This document shows, piece after piece, positions 1 to 9,660 of a stretch of 64,000 nt of DNA. A program made the position numbers and the translations under genes. Source of the DNA: an uncultured Lachnospiraceae bacterium. Lineage in GTDB: Bacteria > Bacillota > Clostridia > Lachnospirales > Lachnospiraceae. Where the stretch lies: the NCBI GenBank assembly GCA_900551235.1, contig URUU01000003.1, forward strand, positions 4,308 to 68,307. The letters run 5' to 3'. Numbering within the stretch: position 1 is the stretch's first letter; each line of letters begins with the position of its first letter. Below the pieces are notes generated by a model. It made no database searches. It was not told the origin of the DNA and saw nothing but the letters and a program-made list of their open reading frames with translations.

Positions 1-358
1 CCCATGCCTTGAGTGTACCTACTTCTACTCCGTTCTTTCCATTTACAACGATCACGGCTGCATCTGCTGCCGCCGCTGCTTCTTCTGCTTCACCTACAAA
101 ATCAAAATAACCCGGTGTATCCAGGATATTGACCTTAACATCGCCCCATGCGATCGGTACAAGGGAAGTACTGACGGAAAACTTGCGCCTGATTTCTTCC
201 TTATCAAAGTCACTGATGGTATTACCGTCTGTTACATTACCCAGTCTGCTGGTAATACCGCCAAGATATGCCATGGCCTCGACCAGACTGGTCTTACCCG
301 AGCCGCCGTGTCCAAGAAGCACGACATTCCGAATTCTATCTGTTGTGTAAACTTTCAT
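1..358 (-). CDS. fusA: Elongation factor G paralog (EF-G2 type), N-terminal part; continues off the window
   Basis: Manual translation from ATG at 358: MKVYTTDRIRNVVLLGHGGSGKTSLVEAM...SDFDKEEIRRKFSV...NILDTPGYFDF; G1 and DTPG motifs of translational GTPases; GGAGG upstream. Confidence 0.9.
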   Translation of the reverse strand, partial: MKVYTTDRIRNVVLLGHGGSGKTSLVEAMAYLGGITSRLGNVTDGNTISDFDKEEIRRKFSVSTSLVPIAWGDVKVNILDTPGYFDFVGEAEEAAAAADAAVIVVNGKNGVEVGTLKAW

Positions 359-412
359 GCTGTTGTCCTCCAATACAATTTATTCTTGAACTCTTCAAGG
401 AATCATGTTTAT

Positions 413-441
413 ATTCTACTAAAACTTTTGTAGTTTTTCAA
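413..441 (-). promoter_or_regulatory. Sigma-A type promoter for the EF-G paralog
   Basis: TTGAAA-17 bp-TAGAAT on the minus strand. Confidence 0.6.
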
Positions 442-633
442 GTATTTTATTCAAATTATACAAGTTTTTTCAAAGTTTATAGATTTCATTTTACTATTTT
501 CTCCATTTTTCGTTTGAATTTCATATTTATTTCAAACAATATACACAACTCCATGTCATCTGTTGCATTTTTTATGATTCTGATGAGATTTGCTTCTTTC
601 TTTTTTGCATTTTCACTTTAACGTGGAAAAGTG

Positions 634-662
634 TTGACATTCTATTTTTGCAATAGTAAAAT
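634..662 (+). promoter_or_regulatory. Sigma-A type promoter for tyrA-aroA
   Basis: TTGACA-17 bp-TAAAAT. Confidence 0.7.
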
Positions 663-721
663 GAACAGGAGTAAAAAAGAAAGAATTGTCGGCATGTTCC
701 GGCACACAAGAGGACATCATC

Positions 722-1822
722 ATGGAAACAACATTTACCGCCGGGTTTATCGGTCTTGGCCTGATCGGAGGCTCCATTGCCCGGGCTTTAAAAAAATATT
801 ATCCCAATGTACATATCCTGGCGCATACAAGAAGCACCCACACGACGGACTATGCTCTGGAACATGGAATTATAGATGAAATCTGTGACTGCGTGGATGA
901 ACGTTATCTGAAATGTGATTACATTTTTTTATGTGCACCTGTGGAATGCAATGCTTCCTATTTAAAAGCATTAAAACCATATTTGAAAAAGGGCTGTATT
1001 CTCACAGATGTCGGAAGCACCAAAACAAATATTCATAAAAAGGTGGAAGAACTGGCTTTGGAAGAATTTTTCATCGGCGGACATCCGATGGCAGGTTCTG
1101 AAAAGACCGGTATCGAAAATGCAAAAGCACATCTGCTGGAAAATGCCTACTACGTCCTGACACCTGCTTCCAAAGTATCACAGGAAATGATCGACCGCTA
1201 TTATGAACTGGTTGCATCTTTGAAAGCCATTCCTCTGATTCTTACTTATGAAAAGCACGACTATGTGACTGCTGCGATCAGCCATCTGCCGCATATCATC
1301 GCTTCTTCCCTTGTAAACCTGGTAAAGAACTGTGATTATGAAGACGGCACCATGAAAAGAGTTGCTGCCGGCGGCTTCAAAGATATCACAAGAATTGCTT
1401 CTTCTTCGCCTGAAATGTGGGAACAGATCTGTTCTGCCAACAGTGAAAATATCATCCAGGTACTGGACGAATACATCAACAGCCTGATCGGGATCAAATT
1501 TTCTCTTGCGGAGCATAATACGCACTGTATTCACGATCTTTTTTCCACTTCCAGAGATTACCGCAATTCCATCTCGGATTCCGGAAGCGGACCAATTCCA
1601 AATTCCTATTCCATCTACTGCGATATGGTGGATGAAGCCGGCGGAATTGCAGCTCTGGCAACGATCCTTGCCACGAACGGCATCAGCATCAAAAATATTG
1701 GCATCGTACATAACCGTGAATTTGAGGAGGCCGTTCTCCATGTTGAATTTTACGAAGAAACCGCAAAAATAAAAGCAGCCGGGCTGCTTCGCAAATATCG
1801 TTATACTATATATGAAAGATAA
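722..1822 (+). CDS. tyrA: Prephenate dehydrogenase with C-terminal ACT domain
   Basis: GFIGLGLIGGS Rossmann motif, DVGSTK, GGHPMAGSE, SHLPH, GGFKDITRIASS; ATG at 722 after GAGGA. Confidence 0.95.
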   Translation: METTFTAGFIGLGLIGGSIARALKKYYPNVHILAHTRSTHTTDYALEHGIIDEICDCVDERYLKCDYIFLCAPVECNASYLKALKPYLKKGCILTDVGSTKTNIHKKVEELALEEFFIGGHPMAGSEKTGIENAKAHLLENAYYVLTPASKVSQEMIDRYYELVASLKAIPLILTYEKHDYVTAAISHLPHIIASSLVNLVKNCDYEDGTMKRVAAGGFKDITRIASSSPEMWEQICSANSENIIQVLDEYINSLIGIKFSLAEHNTHCIHDLFSTSRDYRNSISDSGSGPIPNSYSIYCDMVDEAGGIAALATILATNGISIKNIGIVHNREFEEAVLHVEFYEETAKIKAAGLLRKYRYTIYER

Positions 1823-1837
1823 TATCAGGAGGTTTTG

Positions 1838-3121
1838 ATGGAATTTACAAAGACCAAAAATCCGCTTCGCGGCGAGATTACAATTCCGGGGGACAAATCC
1901 ATCTCCCACCGCGCAGTCATGTTTGGCGCGATCAGTGAAGGAACAACCGAAATCACAAATTTTCTGCAAGGGCAGGACTGTCTTTCGACAATCTCCTGTT
2001 TTCGTAAGATGGGAATCGAAATTGAAAATACAAAAGATAAAATCCTGGTTCACGGGCGCGGACTGCACGGACTGCAGGCTCCGTCCGATATTCTGGATGC
2101 AGGCAACAGCGGCACAACGACAAGACTGATCTGCGGCATCCTTGCCGGACAGGATTTCACAAGCGAACTGACCGGAGATGCTTCCATTCAGAAACGTCCT
2201 ATGGGACGTATTATCACACCGCTTTCTCTGATGCATGCCTCGGTGGAGAGTATCCGCCAAAATGGCTGTGCACCGCTTCGCATCACCGGTCATTCCCTGA
2301 GAGGAATCCACTATGCATCACCGGTTGCCTCCGCCCAGGTAAAATCATGTGTCTTGTTGGCAGGACTTTACGCTGACGATAAAACTTCGGTGACCGAACC
2401 GGCTTTATCAAGAAATCACACAGAAATCATGCTTCGTTCTTTTGGAGCTGCTATCACGTCTGAGGGCACAACCGCAACGATCCTGCCAAATCCAAAGTTA
2501 TATGCCCAGAAGATTGAAGTTCCAGGCGATATCTCTTCTGCCGCTTATTTTCTGGCTGCCGCCCTGATTGTCCCAGGTTCAGAAATACGGATCTGCAACT
2601 GCGGCATTAACCAGACGCGCGACGGAATCCTGCGTGTCTGCCGTGCCATGGGTGCAGACATCACACTTCTGAATGAACATACTTCCGGCGGAGAAGCTGT
2701 CGCAGATATTCTCGTCCGCTACACACCGGATCTGAAAGGCTGTACGATCGAAGGCGATATCATACCGACACTGATCGATGAAATCCCGATCATTGCCATC
2801 CTGGCCGCTTTTGCTCAGGGAACAACAACGATCCGCAACGCTGAAGAGCTGAAAGTCAAGGAATCGAACCGGCTCGACATCGTGGTCCATCATCTGCGTG
2901 CCATGGGTGCAGATATCACAGGAACAGATGACGGGATGGTTATCCGCGGCGGAAGACCGCTGCACGGCGCTGTACTGGACAGTTTTCTGGATCACCGCAT
3001 CGCCATGTCCTTTGCCATCGCTTCCCTGATGACCGAAGGCACACTGACGATCGAACATGCTGACTGCGTCAATATCAGTTATCCTGCTTTTTATCAGGAT
3101 CTTCTTCGTCTTTCTGAATAA
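1838..3121 (+). CDS. aroA: 3-phosphoshikimate 1-carboxyvinyltransferase (EPSP synthase)
   Basis: PGDKSISHR, GNSGTT, SAQVKS, KESNR and DHRIAM motifs; AGGAGG RBS. Confidence 0.97.
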   Translation: MEFTKTKNPLRGEITIPGDKSISHRAVMFGAISEGTTEITNFLQGQDCLSTISCFRKMGIEIENTKDKILVHGRGLHGLQAPSDILDAGNSGTTTRLICGILAGQDFTSELTGDASIQKRPMGRIITPLSLMHASVESIRQNGCAPLRITGHSLRGIHYASPVASAQVKSCVLLAGLYADDKTSVTEPALSRNHTEIMLRSFGAAITSEGTTATILPNPKLYAQKIEVPGDISSAAYFLAAALIVPGSEIRICNCGINQTRDGILRVCRAMGADITLLNEHTSGGEAVADILVRYTPDLKGCTIEGDIIPTLIDEIPIIAILAAFAQGTTTIRNAEELKVKESNRLDIVVHHLRAMGADITGTDDGMVIRGGRPLHGAVLDSFLDHRIAMSFAIASLMTEGTLTIEHADCVNISYPAFYQDLLRLSE

Positions 3122-3515
3122 ATGCCAGAAATCTTCTGTGTAATGCCGGATCTTCTTTTTTAAGTGAAACAGGTTTTGCTTCTTTATTTAAGAAGCAATG
3201 CCTGCTTCTCCCGGTTGTACAGAGCTTTTTGCTCTCATGACCGTACACCTCATAAGAGAAATCCAGAACGATTCCATTGTACTTTTCTACTTTCACCGCA
3301 ATATCTACCTGATCATCAAAATGCACCATCGCCCGGTACACGGCTCCTGCTTCCAGCACAGGGATGATGATCCCTTTTTCTTCGATTTCCCGGTAAGAAA
3401 GACCACATTCTCTCATCCAGTTGATCCTTGCTTCTTCAAACCACCGGATATAGTTGGAATGATGTACAATCCCCATCTGATCCGTTTCATAATACTGTAC
3501 TCTGCGTGTATACAT
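3075..3515 (-). CDS. Acyl-CoA thioesterase, YbgC/FadM family
   Basis: RVQYYETDQMGIVHHSNYIRWFEEAR hot-dog-fold signature. Confidence 0.9.
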   Translation of the reverse strand: MYTRRVQYYETDQMGIVHHSNYIRWFEEARINWMRECGLSYREIEEKGIIIPVLEAGAVYRAMVHFDDQVDIAVKVEKYNGIVLDFSYEVYGHESKKLCTTGRSRHCFLNKEAKPVSLKKEDPALHRRFLAFIQKDEEDPDKKQDN

Positions 3516-3527
3516 GGCTCTCCTTTC

Positions 3528-4316
3528 TCAGATCAGACCATAGTGCTTCATGGCAAATGCAATACCATCATCTTCTACCGTCTTTGTTACAAACTCTGCA
3601 TAAGGTTCCAGAACGGAACTGTGTACTCCCATGGCAACCGCATGCGGCACATACCGGAACATCGGAAGGTCGTTACTGCTGTCACCAAATACATAGGCAT
3701 CTTCCAGACGAATGTTCATGTGTTCCAGGATATAGGCGATCGCACTGGCTTTCGAAAAACCTTTTGGCACTACTTCAAAGAAATCATTCTGCCGGTCAAT
3801 CAGATCCATATCTTTTTCCAGATTCTTCCTTATCGCAGACAGATTTGTCTTGTCATCGTAATAAAAAACAAACTTATCATAATCAAAGCGATCCTGCTCT
3901 ATGTATGTTTCAATGCCAAGTCCCATCGGTGCAAAATATCTTCTGGTATGTTCCACTCCTTCAAACCTTGTCATGTGCTTTGGAAAATAACAGTCATCTG
4001 CTGCTTCCAGAATCGGTTCCGCATGGTTTTCCTGTAAAATACGGATGATCTCTCTTCCACGCTCATGTGGGATCACACGGGAAAACATCACTTCATCTCC
4101 TGCCATAAGGTAAGTACCGCAGCCGCACAGATATCCTGAAAAGGGTGCTCTTTTCAGCTCCATCGGTACGCTGCAATAACACCTTCCTGTGTTGATAAAT
4201 GTGATATTTCCAAGTTCTATGGTTTTTTTCAGTGCTTCTATGGCACTGTCCGGTATGTTTCCTGTTACATCGCTCAACAGTGTACCGTCAATATCAAAAA
4301 ATAACGCTTTTCTCAT
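3528..4316 (-). CDS. Cof-type HAD-IIB hydrolase
   Basis: FFDIDGTL, NTGR and FGDSSNDLPM motifs; ATG at 4316 after AGGAGG. Confidence 0.92.
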   Translation of the reverse strand: MRKALFFDIDGTLLSDVTGNIPDSAIEALKKTIELGNITFINTGRCYCSVPMELKRAPFSGYLCGCGTYLMAGDEVMFSRVIPHERGREIIRILQENHAEPILEAADDCYFPKHMTRFEGVEHTRRYFAPMGLGIETYIEQDRFDYDKFVFYYDDKTNLSAIRKNLEKDMDLIDRQNDFFEVVPKGFSKASAIAYILEHMNIRLEDAYVFGDSSNDLPMFRYVPHAVAMGVHSSVLEPYAEFVTKTVEDDGIAFAMKHYGLI

Positions 4317-4369
4317 ACGTCTGTTTCCTCCTGTATTTCCGGCCAGATATTTCATCATACTTTGGCAAC

Positions 4370-4411
4370 AAAAAAGCTGCCGGCTGACTTTAGGCTGTCA
4401 GCCTGACAGCG
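4370..4411 (-). terminator. Intrinsic terminator downstream of 6S RNA
   Basis: GCTGTCAGGCTGAC...GTCAGCCGGCAGC hairpin followed by TTTTTT on the minus strand. Confidence 0.8.
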
Positions 4412-4414
4412 AAA

Positions 4415-4604
4415 TATTCATTCCCGGAATGCCGTTTCCTGCCTTTTGATTCCTGGCCAGGCCAGGTGGGTATCCGCAGCCTTAGCCGCTGTCCACCACT
4501 TACGCAAAGCGGCACGACATTGTATAAGGCGATATAAGATTCCCTATAATAACATTGCAGGTTCAAAATAACAGGAGTGTCGCACATCCCAGGTGATTTT
4601 TCAT
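4415..4604 (-). ncRNA. ssrS: 6S RNA
   Basis: ~190-nt intergenic unit with its own promoter and terminator. Ends pair into a long rod (CCTGGGATGTGCG/CGGCATTCCGGG; CCTGTTATTTTGAACCTG/CAGGAATCAAAAGGCAGG). TTGAACC...GGGA...ACCCACCTG motifs resemble clostridial 6S RNAs. Confidence 0.85.
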
Positions 4605-4611
4605 TGACTAC

Positions 4612-4640
4612 ATTATACTCTAGTATATCCGATTTTTCAA
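4612..4640 (-). promoter_or_regulatory. Sigma-A promoter of 6S RNA
   Basis: TTGAAA-17 bp-TATAAT. Confidence 0.8.
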
Positions 4641-4764
4641 CTGAAAATTCAAGAAATCTATATACACTGTTTTTTCAATGTTTATTCTTTTTTTATTAGC
4701 AATTTTCCTAATTTTGTGTTAAAATAAGGATCATATTTGATTACTTTATGAAAGAAACAAAGAA

Positions 4765-6138
4765 ATGGAGGAACTGCCAATGAATATTTATTCAGAAATT
4801 ACACCTGAAATATTGTCCCTGACAAAACTTGCAGAAAGTACCAGCAAGATTGACCCTGCCCTTTACACCAGGTACGATGTAAAACGTGGACTGCGTGATA
4901 TCAATGGTAAGGGTGTCCTGGCAGGTCTTACTGATATCGGTAATGTCCATGCTTACGATATGGTAGACGGAAAGCAGATTCCATGTGAAGGAAAACTCTA
5001 CTACCGCGGATATGATATCGAAGATCTGGTAAACGGTTTTATCAAAGATCAGCGTTTCGGATTTGAAGAAGTTACTTATCTGCTTCTGTTCGGAAAGCTT
5101 CCATCTTCAAAAGACCTGAAAGATTTTTCCGATATGCTGGCGACTTATCGTTCTCTTCCTACCAGCTTTGTCAGAGATATTATTTTGAAAGCACCAAGCC
5201 AGGACATGATGAACACGCTCGCACGCAGCGTTCTGACCCTCTATACTTACGACGATCGTGCAGATGACATCTCCCTTCCGAACGTTCTGCGTCAGTGTCT
5301 GCAGCTCATCGCACTGTTTCCGATGCTTTCCGTATATGGATACCAGGCATACAGCCATTATCACGACGGAAAAAGCCTTTATATCCATATGCCGGATCCA
5401 TCGCTCTCCACTGCGGAAAATCTGCTCCATATTCTCCGCCCGGACAGCAAATACACCAATCTTGAAGCCCGCATCCTAGATATTGCGCTGGTGCTCCATA
5501 TGGAACACGGCGGTGGTAACAACTCTACGTTCACCACACATGTTGTATCCTCTTCCGGTACGGACACTTATTCTACCATGGCATCTTCTCTTGGCTCTTT
5601 GAAAGGACCGAAACACGGCGGTGCCAACATCAAAGTCGTGCGCATGTTTGAGGATATGAAACAGACGGTAAAAGACTGGAACAACGAAAAAGAAGTCGGC
5701 GATTATCTGCGTGCCCTGTTAAATAAGGACGCTTTCGATCATGCCGGTCTGATCTATGGTATGGGACATGCTGTTTATTCTCTTTCTGATCCGCGTGCCA
5801 ATATTTTCAAAGGCTTCGTAGAGAAACTTTCCAAAGAAAAAGGCAGAGAAGACGAGTTCCAGCTTTATTCTATGGTGGAACGCCTCGCACCTCAGATCAT
5901 CGCCGAAGAACGCAAGATTTACAAAGGTGTCAGCGCCAACGTGGACTTCTACAGTGGCTTTGTATACAGCATGCTGGATCTTCCAACACAGCTCTTCACC
6001 CCGATCTTTGCGATCGCCCGTGTAGTTGGCTGGAGTGCCCACCGCATCGAAGAACTTGCCAATAACGGAAAGATCATCCGTCCTGCATACAAAGGCATTT
6101 CCGAACTCAAAGATTATCTTCCGCTTGAAAAACGTTAA
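4765..6138 (+). CDS. Citrate synthase (Si-type citrate/2-methylcitrate synthase family)
   Basis: LYYRGY, LHMEHGGGNNST, GPKHGGAN, YGMGHAVY and ANVDFYSG motifs; start may be 4780. Confidence 0.93.
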   Translation: MEELPMNIYSEITPEILSLTKLAESTSKIDPALYTRYDVKRGLRDINGKGVLAGLTDIGNVHAYDMVDGKQIPCEGKLYYRGYDIEDLVNGFIKDQRFGFEEVTYLLLFGKLPSSKDLKDFSDMLATYRSLPTSFVRDIILKAPSQDMMNTLARSVLTLYTYDDRADDISLPNVLRQCLQLIALFPMLSVYGYQAYSHYHDGKSLYIHMPDPSLSTAENLLHILRPDSKYTNLEARILDIALVLHMEHGGGNNSTFTTHVVSSSGTDTYSTMASSLGSLKGPKHGGANIKVVRMFEDMKQTVKDWNNEKEVGDYLRALLNKDAFDHAGLIYGMGHAVYSLSDPRANIFKGFVEKLSKEKGREDEFQLYSMVERLAPQIIAEERKIYKGVSANVDFYSGFVYSMLDLPTQLFTPIFAIARVVGWSAHRIEELANNGKIIRPAYKGISELKDYLPLEKR

Positions 6139-6186
6139 GATTGTCAAAATGTACCGAATACCAGAAACATTTTTGAATACAGAGCA

Positions 6187-6236
6187 GAAAAAGTGCCGGA
6201 AGAACAATTCATTCTTCCGGCACTTTTTCTTTTTTA
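6187..6236. terminator. Bidirectional intrinsic terminator between convergent genes
   Basis: AAAAAGTGCCGGAAGAA...TTCTTCCGGCACTTTTT inverted repeat. Confidence 0.85.
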
Positions 6237-6239
6237 ATC

Positions 6240-6443
6240 TCAGATGTCTAATTTCGGCGGTTCATCCAGTGTTTCGGATACATATTTGCCGTTCTTTTTG
6301 CGTTGTCTTACGCATTCTGTGAGCAGATATTCAATCTGCCCGTTTACGGAGCGAAAATCATCTTCTGCCCAGGCTGCAAGCTGCTCATACAATTTTGCCG
6401 AAAGCCTGAGCGGGATCTGTTTTTTCGGTCTGTCCTCTGCCAT
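6240..6443 (-). CDS. Small Arc-like ribbon-helix-helix DNA-binding protein
   Basis: [35 protein letters not shown] matches the Arc/RHH pattern; 1 nt from the SPFH stop. Confidence 0.8.
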   Translation of the reverse strand: MAEDRPKKQIPLRLSAKLYEQLAAWAEDDFRSVNGQIEYLLTECVRQRKKNGKYVSETLDEPPKLDI

Positions 6444-6444
6444 A

Positions 6445-7470
6445 TCAGTACAGGCTTCCCGAATTTACAACCGGCTGTGCATCGCGGTTTCCGCAGAGTA
6501 CAACAAGAAGATTGGAGACCATGGCAGCTTTTCGCTCCTCATCTAATTCTACCACCTGATTCTCATTCAGACGCTCCAGTGCCATCTCAACCATACCGAC
6601 TGCTCCGTCAACGATCATTTTTCTCGCATCAATAATCGCTGATGCCTGCTGCCTCTGAAGCATAACGGCTGCGATCTCCGGTGCATAGGCAAGATAAGTG
6701 ATACGTGCCTCTATGATCTCCAGACCGGCTTCTGCTACTTTCTTCTGGATCTCATCGCGGATGCGTTCTGCAACAATTTCGCTGGAACCACGCAGGCTGC
6801 CTTCATCAGCAATGCCATCACCTGTCGTATCGACATTTGGGGCTACGTCATAAGGATAGATCCGCACGATGTTCCGCAGGGCACTGTCGCACTGCAGCGA
6901 GAGATATTCCTTGTAATTATCAACGTGGAAAACTGCTTTTGCCGTATCCGTCACACGCCACATAACAGCGATCCCGATTTCCACCGGATTGCCAAGACAG
7001 TCGTTAATCTTCTGACGATTGTTATTGAGCGTCATGATCTTCAGGGAAATCTTTTTGTTTGCTACAGACATATTCTCAGAAGCAGTTGCACCTGCTGCCG
7101 CAGCCAGCACAGATTTCGCACTGTTTCCGCCATCCACATCCCCACTCTGGTTCAGCCTGGTCTTTGCTGCAGGATTCACACTGCTGCAAAATGGATTCAC
7201 CCAGTAAAAACCTGCATCTTTTAAAGTACCGACATACTTACCGAACAGGGTAAGCACCAGAGCTTCCTGAGGTTTCATAACTTTCAGGCCAAGGAAAGGA
7301 ATCCAGCCGACAGAAAACCAGATAATCGCCGGCACCACAAGCGGGATCAAGCCTGTATTCGCACCAACAAGCATTATGCCTGCAGCTGCTGCATAAAAAA
7401 TGATAAACAGCAGCAGCATTGCCATGCCGTTTTTCCTGTTGTTCAAAACTTTTTCCTTGATATCGATAAT
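6445..7470 (-). CDS. SPFH (band 7/stomatin-like) membrane protein; start uncertain (ATT 7470, ATC 7467 or TTG 7446)
   Basis: Two N-terminal hydrophobic helices; [21 protein letters not shown] and [17 protein letters not shown]. Confidence 0.88.
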   Translation of the reverse strand: MIDIKEKVLNNRKNGMAMLLLFIIFYAAAAGIMLVGANTGLIPLVVPAIIWFSVGWIPFLGLKVMKPQEALVLTLFGKYVGTLKDAGFYWVNPFCSSVNPAAKTRLNQSGDVDGGNSAKSVLAAAAGATASENMSVANKKISLKIMTLNNNRQKINDCLGNPVEIGIAVMWRVTDTAKAVFHVDNYKEYLSLQCDSALRNIVRIYPYDVAPNVDTTGDGIADEGSLRGSSEIVAERIRDEIQKKVAEAGLEIIEARITYLAYAPEIAAVMLQRQQASAIIDARKMIVDGAVGMVEMALERLNENQVVELDEERKAAMVSNLLVVLCGNRDAQPVVNSGSLY

Positions 7471-7498
7471 CTTTCCTCCTTGCTTTTTTGATACTTGA

Positions 7499-7527
7499 AT
7501 GATATCATTTTAATATTATCTTGTCAA
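7499..7527 (-). promoter_or_regulatory. Sigma-A promoter of the SPFH-RHH operon
   Basis: TTGACA-17 bp-TATCAT with an extended -10 TG. Confidence 0.7.
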
Positions 7528-7780
7528 TAACTATCAATCATTTTATCAATAATTATCAGCACGATGCTACGCCAGATGCCTGTGTGACAAAACACCAATT
7601 TTATTAAAAAAAATCGCATAAATCAAGGTTTTTATAAACTCCACTATTTCGTTCTATGTTTGCGATTATTGCTTTTTTCGTTTCTGCCATTTTTTCTCTT
7701 TATAATCAAAAAGACCTTGCGCCTGGTAAGAATTGGGTACAAGGTCAGTTTTATGTTTGGATAATAATGGGGCTATGTAA

Positions 7781-7824
7781 TTTGCCCCTTAACAGGATAT
7801 TTTACTTTGCCTGTTGACAAAATC
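7781..7824. repeat. 44-bp direct repeat, copy 1
   Basis: TTTGCCCCTTAACAGGATATTTTACTTTGCCTGTTGACAAAATC, identical to 10272-10315. Confidence 0.97.
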
Positions 7825-7947
7825 TGTCGTGGGACACACTGCCACATTCTCAAAAGGGGTAACTCCCACAACCTCCAAAGTAATGCACCTGGTTATATTT
7901 TTATGGAAACATTGGTTAAAATGCCTCTTTCGATGTTCAGTTTTCAT

Positions 7948-7975
7948 GGTAAATAAAATCCCAATTTTATTTACC
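7948..7975. terminator. 12-bp perfect hairpin downstream of the Uma2 gene
   Basis: GGTAAATAAAAT-CCCA-ATTTTATTTACC; no clear U-tract. Confidence 0.45.
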
Positions 7976-7987
7976 GCCTTGAAGCCA

Positions 7988-8497
7988 CTAATCTATCTCC
8001 TCAAATAATTCATCAAAGGTGATCTTTATTTTAGGGAAATGAATTAAGTGTAATTCGTCTTTATTTTCTTCCGTAACCGTTTTTAAAAGGTAGTATTTGG
8101 GAGTCTCGCCATCATAGTCCAGTTCATAGATTTCAACTGTTCTTTTACGCCAGTCAACAATCCAATACTCTTCTATCTCCTGCTCACAATAAAGCCGCAT
8201 TTTCTCTGTCCGGTCGTAATTTTCTGTTGATGGTGACAGAACCTCCATAACAAAACGTGGCGCATCTGTAAATGTGTTTCCACGCCTTGATTTAGTACGG
8301 CAGTTTATAGAAGCATCAGGAATTACAATCTTGTTATTACCCTGATTATCTTTGAAACGATATTGAACATTATCCGAATATACATAGCATGTACTGTTCT
8401 TTAACTGGTGTCTGATTGCTGCAACAAAATTTACGATTACAGCAGAATGTTCCGGCGTAGCTCCTGCCATATCTGTTATTTTAAGATCCCAATCCAT
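7988..8497 (-). CDS. Uma2 (DUF820) family putative endonuclease
   Basis: MAGATPEH, IPDASI, FVMEVLSPST..YDRTEK..LY and EEYWIVD motifs. Confidence 0.9.
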   Translation of the reverse strand: MDWDLKITDMAGATPEHSAVIVNFVAAIRHQLKNSTCYVYSDNVQYRFKDNQGNNKIVIPDASINCRTKSRRGNTFTDAPRFVMEVLSPSTENYDRTEKMRLYCEQEIEEYWIVDWRKRTVEIYELDYDGETPKYYLLKTVTEENKDELHLIHFPKIKITFDELFEEID

Positions 8498-8550
8498 ATT
8501 TCCACTCCTTGTTTTATAATATAAACGATTGCTTATTTTAACTAACTCTG

Positions 8551-8868
8551 TTAAATTTCAGGAATATCCGGGACTATTGGGCATTCAAAAACTGTCATAG
8601 GATCAATATCAATACACTCGTATTCATTCCGGTTTCCGGCTATGTCCCACGCAACTGTCCCATTCAAAACGGTCAGCGTATTTTTAAATACTTTTTCATC
8701 CTCAATTTTCTTGAAAATACCGCCTTTCTTTATCAGAGGCTCAACATCTAATTCCCGTACACTTCCGTCATTCAAATAGGCATAGACTGTATAGTTGTTT
8801 CCTGCCACTGCCTGATAAACTTCTGGATAGAATCGTTGATCAAGTTTATTATTACCCATTCCATTCAC
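8551..8868 (-). CDS. DUF2442 domain protein (putative antitoxin partner)
   Basis: NYTVYAYLNDG...GTVAW...IDIDP pattern; directly downstream of DUF4160. Confidence 0.8.
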   Translation of the reverse strand: MNGMGNNKLDQRFYPEVYQAVAGNNYTVYAYLNDGSVRELDVEPLIKKGGIFKKIEDEKVFKNTLTVLNGTVAWDIAGNRNEYECIDIDPMTVFECPIVPDIPEI

Positions 8869-8874
8869 CCCTCT

Positions 8875-9135
8875 TTAAATTAACGGATTGATTCTGTTTA
8901 ATGGCTTATTATCCTTTGACAACTCCCAGTTCTGCATCAATTCATCCTTATGAATTTCCGCCCATGCAAGAACAAATTTTAATTGACGTTTCGGTAAATA
9001 CCCCTCACTGATTGTTCCATCTTCAATTAACACGATTGCTTTATTATTTCCATACTCTGCATGAAAGTATGGTGGATTGTGATCACTCCAATACATTGTT
9101 ATACGTATTCCATAAAATAAACTAATCTCAGGCAT
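8875..9135 (-). CDS. DUF4160 domain protein (putative type II toxin)
   Basis: MPEISLFYGIRITMY..DHNPP.FHAEYG...LAWAEIHKDELMQNW. Confidence 0.88.
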   Translation of the reverse strand: MPEISLFYGIRITMYWSDHNPPYFHAEYGNNKAIVLIEDGTISEGYLPKRQLKFVLAWAEIHKDELMQNWELSKDNKPLNRINPLI

Positions 9136-9333
9136 TGGATAATTCCCCCTTTTTTATATCGAATGTATGCAATTATTTTCGTCTACTTCATTATAACATC
9201 ATCCCGGTTGATTAGAAAAGTACTTTTTATCCGCCTCCTGTATTGACATCATTCGCTATCTGTTTTGTCTGGTTTGCTGTATAATCATGGTAGTTCCGCC
9301 ACTAATTCTTATACCATATGCAGGAGGTTTATT

Positions 9334-9660
9334 ATGGATGCTAATTCAGTACTTATCGCCGCATTAACCACATATTCACTGAATCTTGGAGATTACAAAG
9401 TGAATATTACCGTCACAAACAATGCCATTTCTAAATGTAAGGATTATCTGTCACATAATCCTGTTACTACCGATTGGATGAAAAGGAACTGGAGTATTAT
9501 GTCTCATGCTGTTAGTGATTACCGCAAATATTTGGTTGGTGAAATCCATCATGCCAGAAACACCGAAAATAATGAAGTTCTTGCAAAATTACGGGCTGAA
9601 TATGACATTTTAGCCCCTTATATCGACTTATTTAAAAAGTTCCCAGATTTTATCCAATGA
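9334..9660 (+). CDS. Hypothetical protein
   Basis: AGGAGG RBS before ATG at 9334; TATAAT upstream; no motif recognised. Confidence 0.7.
   Translation: MDANSVLIAALTTYSLNLGDYKVNITVTNNAISKCKDYLSHNPVTTDWMKRNWSIMSHAVSDYRKYLVGEIHHARNTENNEVLAKLRAEYDILAPYIDLFKKFPDFIQ

Noticed and set aside
4390..4587. 65-aa minus-strand ORF
   Set aside because: Coincides with the 6S RNA; no SD
7540..7600. Duplication of the leuD 3' end as a target-site repeat
   Set aside because: No convincing match to the leuD terminal sequence at the distal island boundary
7781..7824. Chromosomal dif site (ftsK is nearby)
   Set aside because: No resemblance to the XerCD or XerS dif consensus that I can support, and it is duplicated
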